Shown: positions 1-13,816 of the stretch, piece after piece
How positions within the stretch are numbered: the first letter of the stretch is position 1
How the letters are laid out: the number at the start of each line of letters is the position of its first letter
Assembly: GCF_009914755.1 (NCBI RefSeq)
Contig: NC_060926.1
From: the human T2T-CHM13v2.0 reference genome, Homo sapiens
Length of the DNA: 64,000 nt
Strand: one strand, 5' to 3'
Made by a program: the position numbers and the translations under genes
Notes under the pieces: model-generated
What the model was told of the DNA's origin: nothing
The model's database searches: none
The model's input: the letters and a program-made list of their open reading frames with translations, nothing else

Positions 1-425
1 GGCTGTGGGCTTGTTGAATATGGCCTTAGTTATTCTAAGATTTGCGCCTTCTATGCCAAGTTTGTTGAGAGTTTTTATCATGAAGGGATGATGAATTCTA
101 TCAAATACTTTTTCTGCATCTATTGAGGTGACTATATGGTTTTGTCTTTCATTCTGTTTATATGATGTATCACATTTCTTGGTTTGCAGATGTGGAACTC
201 TCCTTACATGTCTAGTATAAAGCCCACTTAATTATGGTGTATTATCTTTTTGATATGCTGTTGGATTTGGATTGCTCATATTTTGTTGAGGATAGTTGCA
301 TCTGTGTTTATCAGTGATATTGATCTGTAGATTTCTTTTTTTATCATGCCCTTTTCTAGTTTTCATATAATGATGTTACTGGCCTCGTGGCATTAGCTAG
401 GGAGAATTTCCTTCTATTTTTGGAA
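1..425 (-). mobile_element. Old L1 (L1M/L1PB-type) ORF2 fragment, runs off the window start
   Basis: Antisense L1 ORF2 motifs (gagtttttatcatgaagggatg, tctgcatctattgag, tgctgttggatttgg); homologous to the L1 sequence at ~47680-48090. Confidence 0.85.
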
Positions 426-2112
426 CAAGATTCTTAACTACAACTAAGCTATGCGGGCCTATCAAGAATGAATTCAAGTTCGAGACATCATTAAGAAGAG
501 GGCTCAGAGGACTAAAGTTTGGTGAAGGAGAGAGTCTGTCAGTGTCTGGATTTTAGAAATGTGTTATAAGCCTGATCATTACTCTTTTATTTTGATTTTA
601 TATGTACAGTATTATATTGCTGTAAACACTGCCTTCTACATTCTAAAATTTCTGAAACAGGGTTGCAGCTAAATATTGAAGTGTACTTTTAATGTTACAG
701 TCTTTCTTTTTCTGGAAAAAATATCATAATACACGAACAAAACAAAATATTCTTAAAATTTTTTAAATGATACTTATTCAGTATCATAAAATTCTTCCCT
801 ATTGAAAATGTAAAAAAACTTAGAAATGTTAAAGCTGATTATCACATATAAAAAATAAGAGATTTGCCTACTAAACAAAGCAATCTTTAATATAAATTCA
901 AGATTACATTTTTTTTTTCTATCGAGTGGGTATGGTAAACACAGTAAGTAGTTAAGAATACTGTCTTTAGAGCCATAAGATGAAGTTTTAAATTCTTCAT
1001 CTGATGAGTGCCTCTTAGAGGATGTAAGCACCATCTTGGAAAAATGCCCCAACCATTTTAAGTATCAAATGTAATATAAGGATAATATATTATTTCTAGG
1101 ATTGTGGTTAAAATTGAACATAATATCTTTTGAAAAACAGTATAGCATTTCATTAATACTAAAACCTCAATATATGTTTAATTATTAAGATCAATCTGTG
1201 ATGGTATTATTTGACCATGAATAAAAATGTACTTTAAACGTCTAAAGGATCATTGTAATATATAGATCATTGTAATATAGATGTTTACCAATACTTCATG
1301 TTTGCATCTATGGAAAAGAAATAGATAAGTTTATCTGACTGCAGAAATAGTAGAATTCATCAAGAAGTGATTAAACATTGAAAGACACACTTCCCATCAA
1401 CTCTTCCTCCAGAAGCTATTTACGTCAAAATATATCTCTCTGTCCAGAAACATTTATGTCTATGCATTTTCAGATAATTGCCTGAACCCGTACTTTGAAT
1501 TTTCTTTCTACGAAGTGTGCAATGTATATGGTCCCTGGTGAAGCTGTGATGACTGTGAGTGAGAATGAGAATCCGGTACCACCAGAAACTGGTCTGTATG
1601 CTATACTGTAGAGGACAAAGTTGGCTGCTAAATAAAGAAGCATACAAAAAATTAAAAATTAAAACCAATCGAAAGGAGCTAAGGCAAGCTCTGCAACTAG
1701 CAACTAAAAATAACTTCTAAAGAAGGTGAGGGCTGGGAAAATCCGCTGAGACAATGTTACAAATCTAGATTTGAAGTAGAGAGACTTTATAAAATGCCAG
1801 TGGAAGAGCTCTTGGTTAGATAGAAGGCTGTTATGGACTCTGAACTAGTCAGACAAGTTAAACAAGTGTTAGTCTTAGGAAAAGGGTATAATAATTATAA
1901 CTACAAGGTATTGAAAAATGTTTCACTCATCATTGAACAAGAAATACCTTAAAAAACAGGACACAGCTGTAATGTTAAACTTTGTTCTTTCTCTAGGAAG
2001 AAAATAAAATGAAATGCATTAAGGGGATGCATGTGTGACTTCAGCGAACAATTTCAGCAGAAAAACTTGCCTGATATTAGCCAACAAGACTGGAAATTAA
2101 GAAGGAGGCATC

Positions 2113-2418
2113 ATCCGGTTTCGGTGGCTCATGCCTGTAATCCCAGCACTTTGGGAAGCTGAGGTGGATCACGAGGTCAGGAGATCGAGACCATTCTGGC
2201 TAACACGGTGAAACCCCGTTTCTACTAAAAAAACAAAAAAATTAGCCAGGCGTGGTGGCGGGCGCCTGTAGTCCCAGCTACTCCGGAGACTGAGGCAGGA
2301 AAATGGCGAGAACGCGGGAGGCGGAGCTTGCAGTGAGCCAAGATGGCGCCACTCCACTCCAGCCTGGGTGATCGAGCGAGACTCTGTATCTAGAAAAAAG
2401 AAAAAAAAAAAGAAAAAA
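2113..2418 (+). mobile_element. AluY-type SINE
   Basis: Dimeric Alu with AluY diagnostics (gatcacgaggtcaggagatcgagacc, ctggctaacacggtg, gagcttgcagtg) and an A-rich tail. Confidence 0.95.
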
Positions 2419-2460
2419 TGAAGAAGAAGGAGAAGGAAAAGGAGAAGACGACGACATTGA

Positions 2461-2754
2461 GGCCAGGTGCAGTGGCTCACGCCTGTAATTCCAGCACTTT
2501 GGGAGGCCGAGGTGGGTGGATCACCTAAGGTCAGGAGTTTAAGACCAGCCTTGCCAACATGGCAAAACCCTGTCTCTACTAAAAATACAACAAATTAGCC
2601 GGGCATGGAGGCACCCGCCTGTACTGAGGAGCTACTCAGGGGGCTGAGGCAGGAGAATCGCTTGAACGCAGGAGATAGGGGTTGCCGTGAGCCGAGATCA
2701 CGCCAGTGCACTCCAGCCTGGGTGACAGAGTGAGACTCCGTCTCAAAAAAAAAA
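2461..2754 (+). mobile_element. AluS (Sx-like) SINE
   Basis: ggccaggtgcagtggctcacgcc ... gactccgtctc followed by poly(A). Confidence 0.95.
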
Positions 2755-3354
2755 GGCATTGAATTTGCTTAAGTAAATTTACAATTTATAATAATTTATG
2801 GTATGCTTTTGGCTTAAAAGAAGTGAGGTTCGTTTGGTTTGGGTTTTAAAATTTCAATTGTGTGTCAAATTATGTGCATGCCAATACTTTTTCTTTGTTC
2901 ATAAATTACATTCTTAATGCATGGGCTTCTCGCTTTAACTTTACCCCTCTGGCTCATGTTAATGCGGATTCCTAATTTTCCACTTCCATTAATTTTAGTA
3001 GCTACATATATCATGACACAGTTCCCACTACCTCTTTATTTATTTCACTTCCCAATGCACCCTTCATAAGCACTTGCCTGTCTTCCCTTCTTCTATGGGG
3101 TCCTTGAACATAATTTTCTCAATCAAGCATGTTCTTAACAAACTAACAAGATACATTTTCATTTGTTTGATATACTTTGCTTATTTTGTTTTGGTTTTCC
3201 CAGATAATTTCTGCTTCAGGCCTCACTACACAGACCAGCCTGAGGCAAAGGTAAACAAATTAATGTGAAAAAGGAAAGGAAAAAATACATGGAAAACAGA
3301 ATACAAATCAGCATTTCAGCACATTATCCTGGCCTTCTTGTTTGCTTTGGTATC

Positions 3355-4244
3355 TGAAAGGAAAATTTCTTATTTCTTCTCTGATCAACTATTACTCTCA
3401 CTACTTCACTTCTGATACCAAATGTGTGAGCTTTTTCTAAAAAATTCAACTTAATCCTCTGGCAAACACCAACTGGGTGTCCTATGGTTTAATTAAATTC
3501 TAAAACTAACCAGAGTTAGCACAGACCCCACAGGCAGGTTAAGAACTCAGTCTTAGAAGACTGGCTTCTATTTCCAATGTCAGTCACAAGTCTAAGTTGT
3601 CACCTGTGCTTCTGATTGACTGGGGCCCCTATAAATTGGAGGTTCTCATAAACCCCTCCCCAGGCACAATAATTTGCAAGTATGGCTCCCAGAGGTCTGG
3701 AAAACAATTTATTCACTAGATTACCAGTTTACTATAAAAGGGTACAACTGAGGAACAGCCAGCCAGGAGAGATGCATAGGTATCTTGAAGAGAACTTTCA
3801 TGCTTTCTCAGGTGCACCATCCTTTCATGACCTCCATGTTTTCACCAACCTGGAAACTCTTAAAGCTCATCCTTTGGGGTTTATATGGAGGCTTCATTAA
3901 GTAGGCATGATCAATTACACCATTGGCCATTGGTGGTTCAATCAATCTCTAGCCATTCTTCTCTCCCTGAGGTGAGTGTGGAATGGGGATGAAGGTTCCA
4001 ACCACCTAATCACATAGTTGCTTCTCCTCTCAACCAGCTAACCATCTTTGGGGGCTTTCCATAAATGGCCTCATTAACATAAACTTAGGTCAATTGAAAG
4101 GGTCTTGTTATGAAGAACATAACAATTCTCCTTTTATCTTTATCACTTTTATCACTTAGGAAATTCCAAGAGTTTCAGGAGCTCTGGGCCACAAATGGGA
4201 CAAAAACCAAATACATGTTTCTTATTATAAATCACAATATCACA
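3355..4244 (-). mobile_element. MER21-family solo LTR
   Basis: Minus strand begins tgtgatattgtgatttataataagaaa and ends ttttcctttca (TG...CA termini), matching recalled MER21B/C ends. Confidence 0.8.
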
Positions 4245-4515
4245 GTCTTATTTAAAGTAGGGTGACAGCTTTGACTCAAATTAGCAAAGCCTTTCCTTAG
4301 GACCTAGTGGGCCCTTTTGATCCAAAAGGTTTCTACTTTCTATTTGATTGTTGGCATTACTTCATGTGATCCCTTTACCTTCTGCATTCATATTATACAT
4401 ATATTAGGTCAATGATGAGTGATCTTCACATTTCCTTTTCTTTTCATCATCAGAAATCTTACTGGCCTGTTTCAGTTTTTAGCGGATTTCTTGAGATAAA
4501 CTTTTACTTCACTGA

Positions 4516-5245
<730 letters not shown>

Positions 5246-5490
5246 TCCTATCAGAATTTTTAATGGATTGACACTTTTGACCTCGTTGAGATTATAAAAA
5301 GGGATATTTTTAGAAACTTTCTCCTGTTTATCAGTGTGTTCCTTTTCTATTTTGTTTATTTGTTTATTTTTTGACAGATTTAGGGGATACTGGATATATT
5401 GCATAGTTGTGAAATCTATTTTTTAGTTTTTGGTTTCTTTAAGGGGTTAGTATTTGGTTGTTCATCTTCATATAAACTGCCTTCTTTAGA

Positions 5491-5528
5491 ATATACATAT
5501 ATATATATATATTATATATATATATATG
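5491..5528. repeat. (TA)n microsatellite
   Basis: Visible interrupted TA run. Confidence 0.9.
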
Positions 5529-7590
5529 CCAAATAACTTTCTCTTTGCTTATTCTTTCAGAAGGAAGTGTGTTTTTGAACCCTCATTATAATAAAGATAG
5601 TCCTTTTAGAGTTTTTAAGGGTGTAGTTTAAAAAATTAGTCTTACATGAAGAGGGAAGAGGAAAGATTATATTTTCTGCATTCTCATATTGATAATCAGG
5701 AACTGTGTTTTTCTGTGAAGCACTGACGTATGGAGAAAAAATCCTCAGGGAACAGTGTGCTGATGTAATGCACCATCATTGCTGTGGGGATTAATTTTGA
5801 TAGTTGGGAGTTAGTTTGGGGGCAAAACTCTCCTCTCTAATGGGCATATCTGATCTTGTGGAGAGCCTGTCTCAGTAGTAACCCCTTTCACAGGGCTCTC
5901 TGTGCCTCTATCGAGAGAATAGATTGCAGCAGGGCTTCTGGTACTGAAATTCACTCCGCATTCATATTTCCGTCTTGGAGCTGACACATACCTAAACCCC
6001 TCCTACCTCTCTTTGTAATGGTCATCCTTCAGTTCCAGTGTCTGGCACTCTAACTTGAGGTATCTTTGACAATTCTATTAAACTTATTTCCAGGTGGACT
6101 TTTCCATTGAGTTTATCATCCCACAGACTTGGCAATATTTTCCTTTATTCAATCCCTTCTGCATTATGTTTTGAAGAATAACCTTATAGATTTTGTCATT
6201 TCCCATGAAAATTTTAGAGAAAGGAAATTAAAATGTGCTGGTCCAAATCATCCACTTGAAATGAAGTGTTTCCTTCTAGTCCAGTATAGCATATCCTGTG
6301 AATAGTAGGACAGCACTTTCAAATTTTTTGAGAACATTCTGTGAAATAATAAAATGTCTCCATGGGGCTGAGGTTTTTTTGTGAGAAAATACAACATAAA
6401 TGCAAAAACAAACTGTTCCTGAAATTGAAATGTTATTTTGCATAACTTGCATAATAATTTGGAGTTTCCAATAGACACCAACATAACCCCCCCCAACCTA
6501 ATAAAAAAAAGAAGAAAAGAAAATGAAATAAATTTTTCTTAGAATTCTACTTCTGATTTGTCTCTTTTCATATTTAAGCATAAAAAAGAGGACATATTTG
6601 AGTTATGTATTAAATAGCATATTTACATTAATTAAATGCAATTCCATACTTTAGACTACTCAAATTTAATGTATTGATTAATGTTTTTCTCCATAGAATA
6701 ATTACTAATTACTGTTAATTAAAAACTCCACATTTTAGAATAATAATTGGAGGGGGAAACAAACTATATGCAATGTCTCACATTTTCTCTCTACTACAGT
6801 AAAACGAACAAGAGGTATTTGATTGTTCAAATGTTATTAAAGATCATTTGGTTTTTAGATGACATTTACACCTAGCTTATACAAATCATCTATTGTTCAT
6901 GCTTTAATGATTTTCTGCTGACTTATCATCTTATTATCCATGATCTATTATTTAAAATAAGCATAAATGCCAATCTGTGACCAGAAAATTGAAAGATTGA
7001 TTGTCTATATATTTGCTTATTGTTCTGAGTAAATTTTATTTTTCCGTATGTCACCTAATTCTAGAAATAAGGCAAAATGAAGCTTATTTGCTAAGGATTT
7101 GTCTATAAGAATATGTTTATAATACCTATTATATACTTAGTACTTTTACAGTTTAACTCTTGGGGGCAATGATAGAGGGCATTTATTGTATGGCCCCTCA
7201 TTTCAAAAAGCTCATCCTATTTTTGTTCAAAAAGATTATAGTATATTGCTCGTAATAGTCATTAATACTAAGCAACATACTATCAACAATTAAATTGTAT
7301 TTTATAGATGATAAAAGTCAGAAAAGATCAACTTATAGAAAGTATAGTGAATGCTTGATATTCCAATGTATTTATAATGAAGATATAAGTTCAGTTTTAT
7401 CTTATAGTAAGATTTGAATGAATAAAAGGTAAAAGAGACATTACAGGAGAAAGGATCATCAACTTGAGGAAACAAAAACAGAAGATAATATAGGTGAGAA
7501 TTCACTCAAAGAAAGGATAACAAGTAAAAACATGCAATAACGGGAAAAGAGGTTTTATTTGTGGGAGAATGCACATTGAGCATGAATCTT

Positions 7591-7771
7591 TGTCAGGCAT
7601 GGTAGCTAATGCCTGCAATCCCAGTAGTCTGGCAACCCAAGGCAAGAGGATTGCTTGAGCCCAAGAGCGCAGTGAGCCATTATTGTGCCACTGCACTCCA
7701 GCCAGGGCAAAAAAGTGAGACCTTGTCTCAAAAAAAAAAAAAAAAAGAAAGAAAGAAAGAAAAGAAAAAAC
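7591..7771 (+). mobile_element. Monomeric Alu (FRAM/FAM-like) with A/GAAA tail
   Basis: Single right-arm-type monomer (ggattgcttgagccc ... gagaccttgtctc + A tail); flanking direct repeat tgagcatgaat at 7577-7587 and 7777-7787. Confidence 0.85.
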
Positions 7772-7849
7772 AGAAATGAGCATGAATTATTGATTATTAA
7801 ATGCTTTGTTATTATTAATATCCCTTTATGAGTATACACTTAGAAAGTA

Positions 7850-8420
7850 AAGTTATGTAAAGCTATGGTGATCTTAAAATATAGTATAAGTATGTTTCTG
7901 ACATAGGAATAGAAGCAGATTATTAGATGGTCTGCCAGGCAGGGGCAGGGGCAGACCAAGCACATGGTACTGACATATGCATACAAATAGATCAGTAAAT
8001 TAGAATAGAAAGTCCACCAATAAACCTAAATATACAAGAAAATTCAGTATGTGATAATGTGGTATCGCAAATAACTGAGGCAAATATGAATTTTTAAATC
8101 AATACTGTTGGGACAAATAATAGTTATTTAGACAGAAATGCAATTGGTTTCATAGTTTATACCACAAAGAACAATAAACTCCAAATAGATCACAGATTAA
8201 ATAAAAAATAATAGAAACTTAAATATACTAGAAGAAAACATGGATGAATCCTTCTATAACATGAGTATAGGAAAAGGATTTCTAATGATTTAGTATCAAA
8301 ATGCAACAGAAAACCTGAGTAAATTAAAATCAATTATATTAAACACTCTGTATGACAGTAAACACGATAAGCAACATCAAAAGACAAATGATGAACTAGG
8401 GGAAAAACAAACCATATATA
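7850..8420 (+). mobile_element. Old L1 (L1MC-like) late ORF2 fragment
   Basis: Degenerate ORF2 motifs (ggtactgacat, agaatagaaagtcca, tactagaagaaaacatgg). Confidence 0.7.
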
Positions 8421-8569
8421 CCAGTAATGAAGAGTTATTGATACATTTATATATGTTTAAGGGCCTACTGTATGCCATTTAAAAAGTTGTGTGTTCATGT
8501 CTTTTGCCTATTTTTCTAACAGATTTTGGTGTTTTTACCATAAAATATTAAGGGTTTTTTAATATTAGC

Positions 8570-9670
8570 ACAGACTTCAAGCAGTTCAGTGCTCTACTAA
8601 GGAGGCACAAGGGAAAAATTTTTATAAGGTGTTTGTGGAAGCAAGCCAAAAAATACACTTCATTGGTGTATTAGTCCATTCTCAGGCTGTTATAAAGTAC
8701 TGCCCAAGGCTAGGTAATTTATAAAGGACAGAGGTTTAATTGAATCACACTTCCACATAGTTGGGCAGGCCTCAGAAAACTTATAACTGTGGCAGAAGGG
8801 GAAGCAAACACGTCCTTCTTCACATGGCAGCAGGAGGAGGAGTGCCAAGCAAAGGGAGTAAAAGCCCTTTATGAAACCATCAGATGTTGTGAGAACTCAC
8901 TCACTATCACAAGAGCAACATGGAGGTAATCACCCCCATGATTCAATTACCTTTCACTGGGTCTCTCCCACAACACATGAGGTTTATGAGAACTACAGTT
9001 CAAGTTGAGATTTGAGTAGGGACACAGCCAAACCATATCAATTGGCTACAGTGAGAAGTCCTTAGTTAGAGGTTAGAGTGGTAGTTTCTGATTGGTTAAG
9101 CTTAAGTCTTGTTTTAATGTTCAGATTGAGTTGGGCTGTGATTGCTCACAAAGGAACCCAAAGCACTGGAGTCACCTCAGCATAATCGCCTCCCATTATT
9201 ATTTTTAATAATGTCCCTTTTTGGTCAGCCTCTCATTTATAAGAGGTTAACCAAATCTTTGGCATTAGCATGACTCTGTGTCCCCATCATGACTGATTTG
9301 TCTTTGTGTGAAATTCATAAGTCATGGCATCAGGTCCATTGAAGACATTTTCTTTCTTATTTATTTATTTATTGGTCATTATAAGTGAGTGAGATGTTGA
9401 TGGCTGTAAACATGCAGTTAAGATCCTTGAGAGAATACAGCACATCATGGAGAATACAATGATGACTATCAGAAGAATAATAGGAAAAGAGTGGTGGAGT
9501 ATACTCCTAAGTCAGGGCCCCACAAACCAAACTAATTAATATTTAATGGAAACAAAACAAAGACGAGTGGCTAGAGTAAACTATAAACTCTATGTATATA
9601 GTTTACAGTCAGTTAAGAAGATTTCTAGATCTGAACTAAAAGATTTTTTCCTAGTTTGCCATTTGAATGA
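8570..9670 (-). mobile_element. ERV1 (MER4-group) 3' LTR (~8570-9210) plus adjacent internal remnant, interrupted by THE1
   Basis: Minus strand shows the purine tract ggctgaccaaaaaggga just before an LTR start resembling MER57/MER67/MER93 (aatgggaggcgattatgctgaggtgactccagtgctttgggttcc; aagcttaaccaatcagaaac). Confidence 0.6.
8667..9040 (-). mobile_element. THE1C-type MaLR solo LTR
   Basis: tgtattagtccattctc ... cagccaaaccatatca; perfect 5-bp TSD attgg at 8662-8666 and 9041-9045. Confidence 0.95.
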
Positions 9671-10206
9671 CTGGTTATGACATCAAGCAAGTAATTGAAC
9701 ATTTAGCACCATGTTGTTGTTTTACGTACTCTACAAAAAGGGAAACAGTCAAGATCAATTTAAGGCAGTTGAGGTGCAAAGAAGAGGCTGAACCAAAAGA
9801 GAATGCAAACAGAAACCAGGAAATCAAACTGTGTTTCAAAATGAATGGAATTATCGTCATTGAAAGGTTGGGGCAGGTGGGAAAGAACTGAACACAATAC
9901 TTTGAATATTTATTCTAAGTGAAAAGTTAAAAGTAATTGCAAACAATTCCTGAACTATAGCTATTAGATTTGATTTCAAAGAAGTATTGGTTACTAATTT
10001 TATAATCTACTTTCCATGTACTGTGGAATTCAGCAAAGGAATCTATACATGATGATGATAAGAGGCAGATCTCTTACCACCAGTGATAGGAGATACAAAT
10101 ATGGAACGAAGGAAGGCTATGAAGAACCCTAGGTTTGAAATTGAAAATGGACACAGGAGTATGCATTCACACTTTTACAGACACAGGTAAAGATAGAGAT
10201 ATGTGT

Positions 10207-10556
<350 letters not shown>

Positions 10557-11328
10557 CTATCTGTTGAGCAGCCCTAGGAGGAATGACTATCCAGTAGCAA
10601 TACACATAATTAATACTCTCCACTAAAAGGAACTAGAACTCCATAGAAAAATAGCGAATTTCCTTGCTGAGGCAGAAAAAAAAAAAAAAACCTAGATCAT
10701 TTTTATGCCAAAACATAAGAATATGTTTACAACTATGAGGGCATTTCAAAGGGACACAATATAACCAGCTTGAGTGGGCTTCCACTAGCCAAATCTGAAC
10801 AATGTGAACATTAGAGCACATAACAGTAGTGGATTACAACCCAATGAATAAAGTAAAAATATTAGTCCTACTGAAAATGATAGATCTATAGATAGATAAT
10901 AGATAGATCACAAAAAACCTTCTGTCTTAGAGTAGGATACAAACCAATAAATATATTACTAATGATAGAAAATTATTATTTGACAGTATTCATAGTGTGA
11001 CTTAATTCAGGAAAGAATGACTGGTAGATGCAATATTGGTGGGCCCAATTTTGAAGAGAGACAGCATATTCTTTTGGTCATAAAATATCTATTCATAAAT
11101 TAGTTATTAATTACAAAGAGAAAAAAACAGTAACTTTAAAATATTGAAAAACTTATTGGGAACCAACTATCCAAATGAACAGTTAACATCATCAATATCG
11201 AAACAAACCCTTACCATGACTCACTTGACTCAATACACTGAGAAGGACACAAAATCACTTCTAGGGTGTCCTTCCCCAAAATGCATAACCTGAATCTAGT
11301 GAGAAAAAAAGAACAGACAAATAAAAAC

Positions 11329-11857
11329 TGATTAGTCTTTGTTCCAGTTGCTGTTGCAACAAATCGCCACATCCTTTGTGGTTAAAACAATACAAATTTA
11401 TCTTACAGCTTTGGAGATCACAAGTCTAACGTGGGCCTGATGGAGCTAAAATCAAGATACCAGCAGAGCTATGTCGCTTCTGAAGGCTATCAGGGGCAAT
11501 CTGTGTTTTCTGCCTTTTCCATCTTCTAGGAGTTGCTTGTATTTCTTGACTCATGACCCCTTCCTCCATCTTCAAAGCCAGTACTGTAGCATCTTGAAAC
11601 CACCCCTCCTTCCCCTTCTCCCTCTCCCATGTCTATTTCCAATTGAAAACTATGAATCTCTAACTCTACCATTTTGCCTCCTCTTATAATTACCTTTGGG
11701 AATACATTGGCCCCACCTGGGTAATGCAAAATAATCTTCCCATTTCAGGATCCTAAATTTAATCACATCTGCAAAGTCACTTATGCCTTGTAATATAACA
11801 TAGTCATATGGATTAGTAGGGGGACATCTTTGTGAGGCAATTATTCTGTATGTCACA
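11329..11857 (-). mobile_element. MLT1 (MLT1D-like) MaLR solo LTR
   Basis: ttgctgttgcaacaaatcgccaca ... taatcacatctgcaaagtc ... attattctgtatgtcaca. Confidence 0.85.
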
Positions 11858-12589
11858 GAGGCATTTATAATATAACTGTACCTTAAACAAATGTCAATAT
11901 CATAAAACAAAAAGACACTGAGGATTCAGTGAAATTAAAGAAGACTAAAAGATACACAAAAAGTAAGTACAGTGCATGATCTTGGATTAGATTTTGGACC
12001 ATAAAAATATTGCTATAAAATATTATTAGAATAATTGACATAATTTAAATAATTGAACTATGATTATATTAGTGAATGTTCTTGTTCTGAGGGAAAAAAA
12101 TGCACAGAAGTATTTAGGAATAAAAAGGCATACTGCAGCAACATACTCCCAAATGGATTAATAATAATAATAAAAAATAAACATAAAGAATGACAGAGTA
12201 AATTTGGTAAAATATCAATAATTGGTTAGTCTATTAAAGAGATGCAGGAGTTCCTTGTGAGAATTTTGCTCATTTTTCTGTATCTTTGAAATTGTTTCCA
12301 AATAAAACCATATAAAATACGCTTTCCAAAAGATCTCTTACATTATGATATTATCAGGTAAGCTCTTTATTTTCAGTGCATATAGAAACAGGGTTAAACA
12401 GATGTTATCCTTATGACTTGTCAACTGAGGATGAGAGGAAAAAGTAGATAAACAAAATTCAGGTGAGAAGGTACTAGAGTCAAATGTTTCAGGATTGGTC
12501 CCTAAAGTGAGGTTGCCTTTCTGTCCAGTGAGATGGTATTACATCGGACTGTGAGGTCAGTGATAAATTAGAACTTCTTTCTGAGCTTT

Positions 12590-13080
12590 AGAGTATTTCA
12601 GAAGATTTTTTCAGTAGTGGAGTAAGATGATAGAAGCAATAATTAAGGCATAAGTTTTGATGATGGATTGAAGGAAAATAACTTTAGAATTTGGCAGCTA
12701 TGGGAACTTACAACATGCTGTATGTATTTTTTAGCATTCTAATTTTGCGATGGTAAGAATCGAAGCTTGTATATCAGCAGGTGGCCTGGAGAGGAAGAGA
12801 AATGGAGTTATCACAAAAAGGAATCTATAGTACTTGAAAACAAGCAAGATACAGCAAGACAGAGAAAGATGAACCTAAGAAGAATAAGACTTTTTTGTTT
12901 TTAGTTTGGATGACGAAGCAAATAATGGAACCTGTGACAGGAAAATTGGTATGTGAAGATGATTAATTTAATATTTGGCATTATAAGGCTTACTGAATGG
13001 TAAGATAAATAATAAGATAATCAGTAAGATATTGCAGGTGTAGGACCTGATCTCAGTAGATACAAAAGGAAGTTCGGTTA
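12590..13080 (-). mobile_element. Degenerate L2 fragment
   Basis: Purine-rich antisense L2-like motifs (gagaggaagagaaatgga, tttagtttggatgac); heavily diverged. Confidence 0.45.
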
Positions 13081-13816
13081 TAAAACTTAGTCAGCAGAAG
13101 ACGCCTACTGATTCTGATAACCCACATTAACATTAGGCCTAGAGTTATTTGATGTTATGGAAACACGGAAAATCTAATATGGTAAGAAGAGAAATCAATT
13201 TTAACTTAATCTATTTCCATACACACTGCAATAAGCTGTCAGTTTATGCTATTTAAAATTTCCATTTCAAGATAAAATGGATTTTGTATGTATAATTTGT
13301 CTCTAATTTTATCATGTACTGTTATTTTAAGGCAATGTGTCAGATCCATTTTAATCAAGATTTCATAATTTTAGAACCTGTGTAAAAATTAACTTCAGAA
13401 TCTATGAAATTACACTCGAGTTGTCATCAGTAATTCCTAATGGTACTTTTTAGAAAAAAATTCATTCATTCCCTCCTTCAAATATGCAATATAAATTCTA
13501 CTCTGTTAATGGGTTCTGCAAAACTGATGACTATGGCTTAGCAGTTAAATATTCTGCAGGGATTTTTCTTCTTTTTCACATTTCCAAGTTCTACAGCCCC
13601 CTGAAGAACTTCCAACTGAAGAAAAAGTTCTATTTTTTGTTTTATCTATCTATACTTCTAACTAAATCCAGTTGACTGCTCTTCATGGGATCCCATAGTT
13701 GTGTAGCATCCTTTAAAAGAAATAGCCTCCATCATCATATACAACATTTATTGAGCACTTGCAATGTATTAAATGTCGTATTAGTGGATAATAATTTAAC
13801 AGACAAGAAAGTACAG

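Noticed and set aside
774-1052. 92-aa minus-strand ORF and an acceptor-like site at 799-808
   Set aside because: No recognisable protein, non-ATG start, AT-rich composition; it crosses intron-like sequence.
1248-1282. Short tandem duplication gatcattgtaatata (similar ones at ~32311-32349 and ~56005-56041)
   Set aside because: Ordinary slippage events.
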